DNA from: Octopus sinensis
Lineage: Eukaryota
Direction of reading: 5' to 3'
Length of the DNA: 64,000 nucleotides
Assembly: GCF_006345805.1 (NCBI RefSeq)
Contig: NC_043009.1
Span: 43,648,001-43,712,000, forward strand
In this document: piece after piece, positions 63,225 to 64,000 of the stretch
Position numbering within the stretch: position 1 is the stretch's first letter
Layout: each line of letters opens with the position of its first letter
Translations under genes and position numbers: made by a program
The notes under the pieces: model-generated
What the model was told of the DNA's origin: nothing
Seen by the model: the letters and a program-made list of their open reading frames with translations, nothing else
Databases searched by the model: none

Positions 63225-63320
63225 AATTGCTAGTAATAACAGCTAGATGTAATAAGTATATGTTGGGTAACGAGAATCTAAAACGAACAATATCTACTAA
63301 AGATTTGGGGATAGTTACAG
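63225..63320 (+). mobile_element. short CR1/L2/Jockey-group LINE RT C-terminal relic
   Basis: CNKYMLGNENLKRTISTKDLGIV matches Y.L....L......KDLG(V/I). Confidence 0.45.
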
Positions 63321-63521
63321 CATTCTCAAGAATTTATTTGTTTCGAGGAATTCTATTTGACAGAGAAGATAAGGCAAATTTTATGGCTTCAAGTTGGGTT
63401 GAGGATAACCAAAGTCAGTTGATGTTTTTTCGAAATGTTATGTATATTGTGTGTGTGTGCGGGTGTCTACATGTATATGTATGTATTTATGTACGTATGT
63501 GCGTTAGTATTATATATAATC

Positions 63522-63552
<31 letters not shown>

Positions 63553-63914
63553 TATATATATATTATATATATATATTATATATCTATATAATATATATAT
63601 TTAGATATATATATATTATTTAGATATATACATAAAATATATGTACATACGTGTCTATATTATAGAAATATATATATATGCATAGATACATACAAACATT
63701 TATAGTAATATATATATGTAAATATCTATGCATACATGTATAAAAGAGATATATGTATATATGTATAGAAATACGTACGTTACACCACATACACACACAC
63801 ACTCATATAATTGAACTTCTTTCTCGACGTACATACAAAGCTATAACTAATAGCATGTAACTATTGGGTTGAAAATCCCTTTTCGATTAGAAAAATTGAT
63901 CCCGTCGATATATA

Positions 63915-63947
<33 letters not shown>

Positions 63948-64000
63948 TAATATATAATATAGAGAGAGAGAGAGAGAGAGATGAATATGCATATATACCT

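Overview
AT-rich, extremely microsatellite-dense metazoan genomic DNA. The interspersed repeat families match those I recognise from octopus genomes (genus Octopus by inference; species not determinable). I found no recognisable host protein-coding gene, rRNA, tRNA or CRISPR array; nearly all ORFs in the supplied track are translations of (TA)n, (CA)n, (ACAT)n, (ATT)n or (GAT)n repeats or of SINEs. The window reads as large-intron or intergenic sequence. It holds at least three abundant tRNA-headed SINE families (my labels A, B, C), fragments of RTE, Dong/R4-like and CR1-like LINEs, three Tc1/mariner relics, a piggyBac-type MITE, a probable Helentron-associated (HINE-like) element and one 100-N gap. 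Best leads: (1) a dispersed repeat family (3 copies) carrying a minimal type-I hammerhead-ribozyme fold of the Penelope/retrozyme type, plus a fourth unrelated hammerhead-like motif; (2) each SINE family appears tied to its own microsatellite motif, including SINE-B chains in (TAA)n, the known target of Dong-type LINEs; (3) a SINE-A copy with a local 93-bp inverted self-duplication, and nested inverted SINEs that would be dsRNA/ADAR substrates if transcribed; (4) two independent tandem amplifications of the same SINE-B segment; (5) a candidate TATA/ETS promoter near 3.6 kb and several frame-preserving plus-strand micro-exon candidates, best at 39408-39443. All alignments, folds and counts were done by eye; repeat boundaries are approximate unless exact motifs are quoted.
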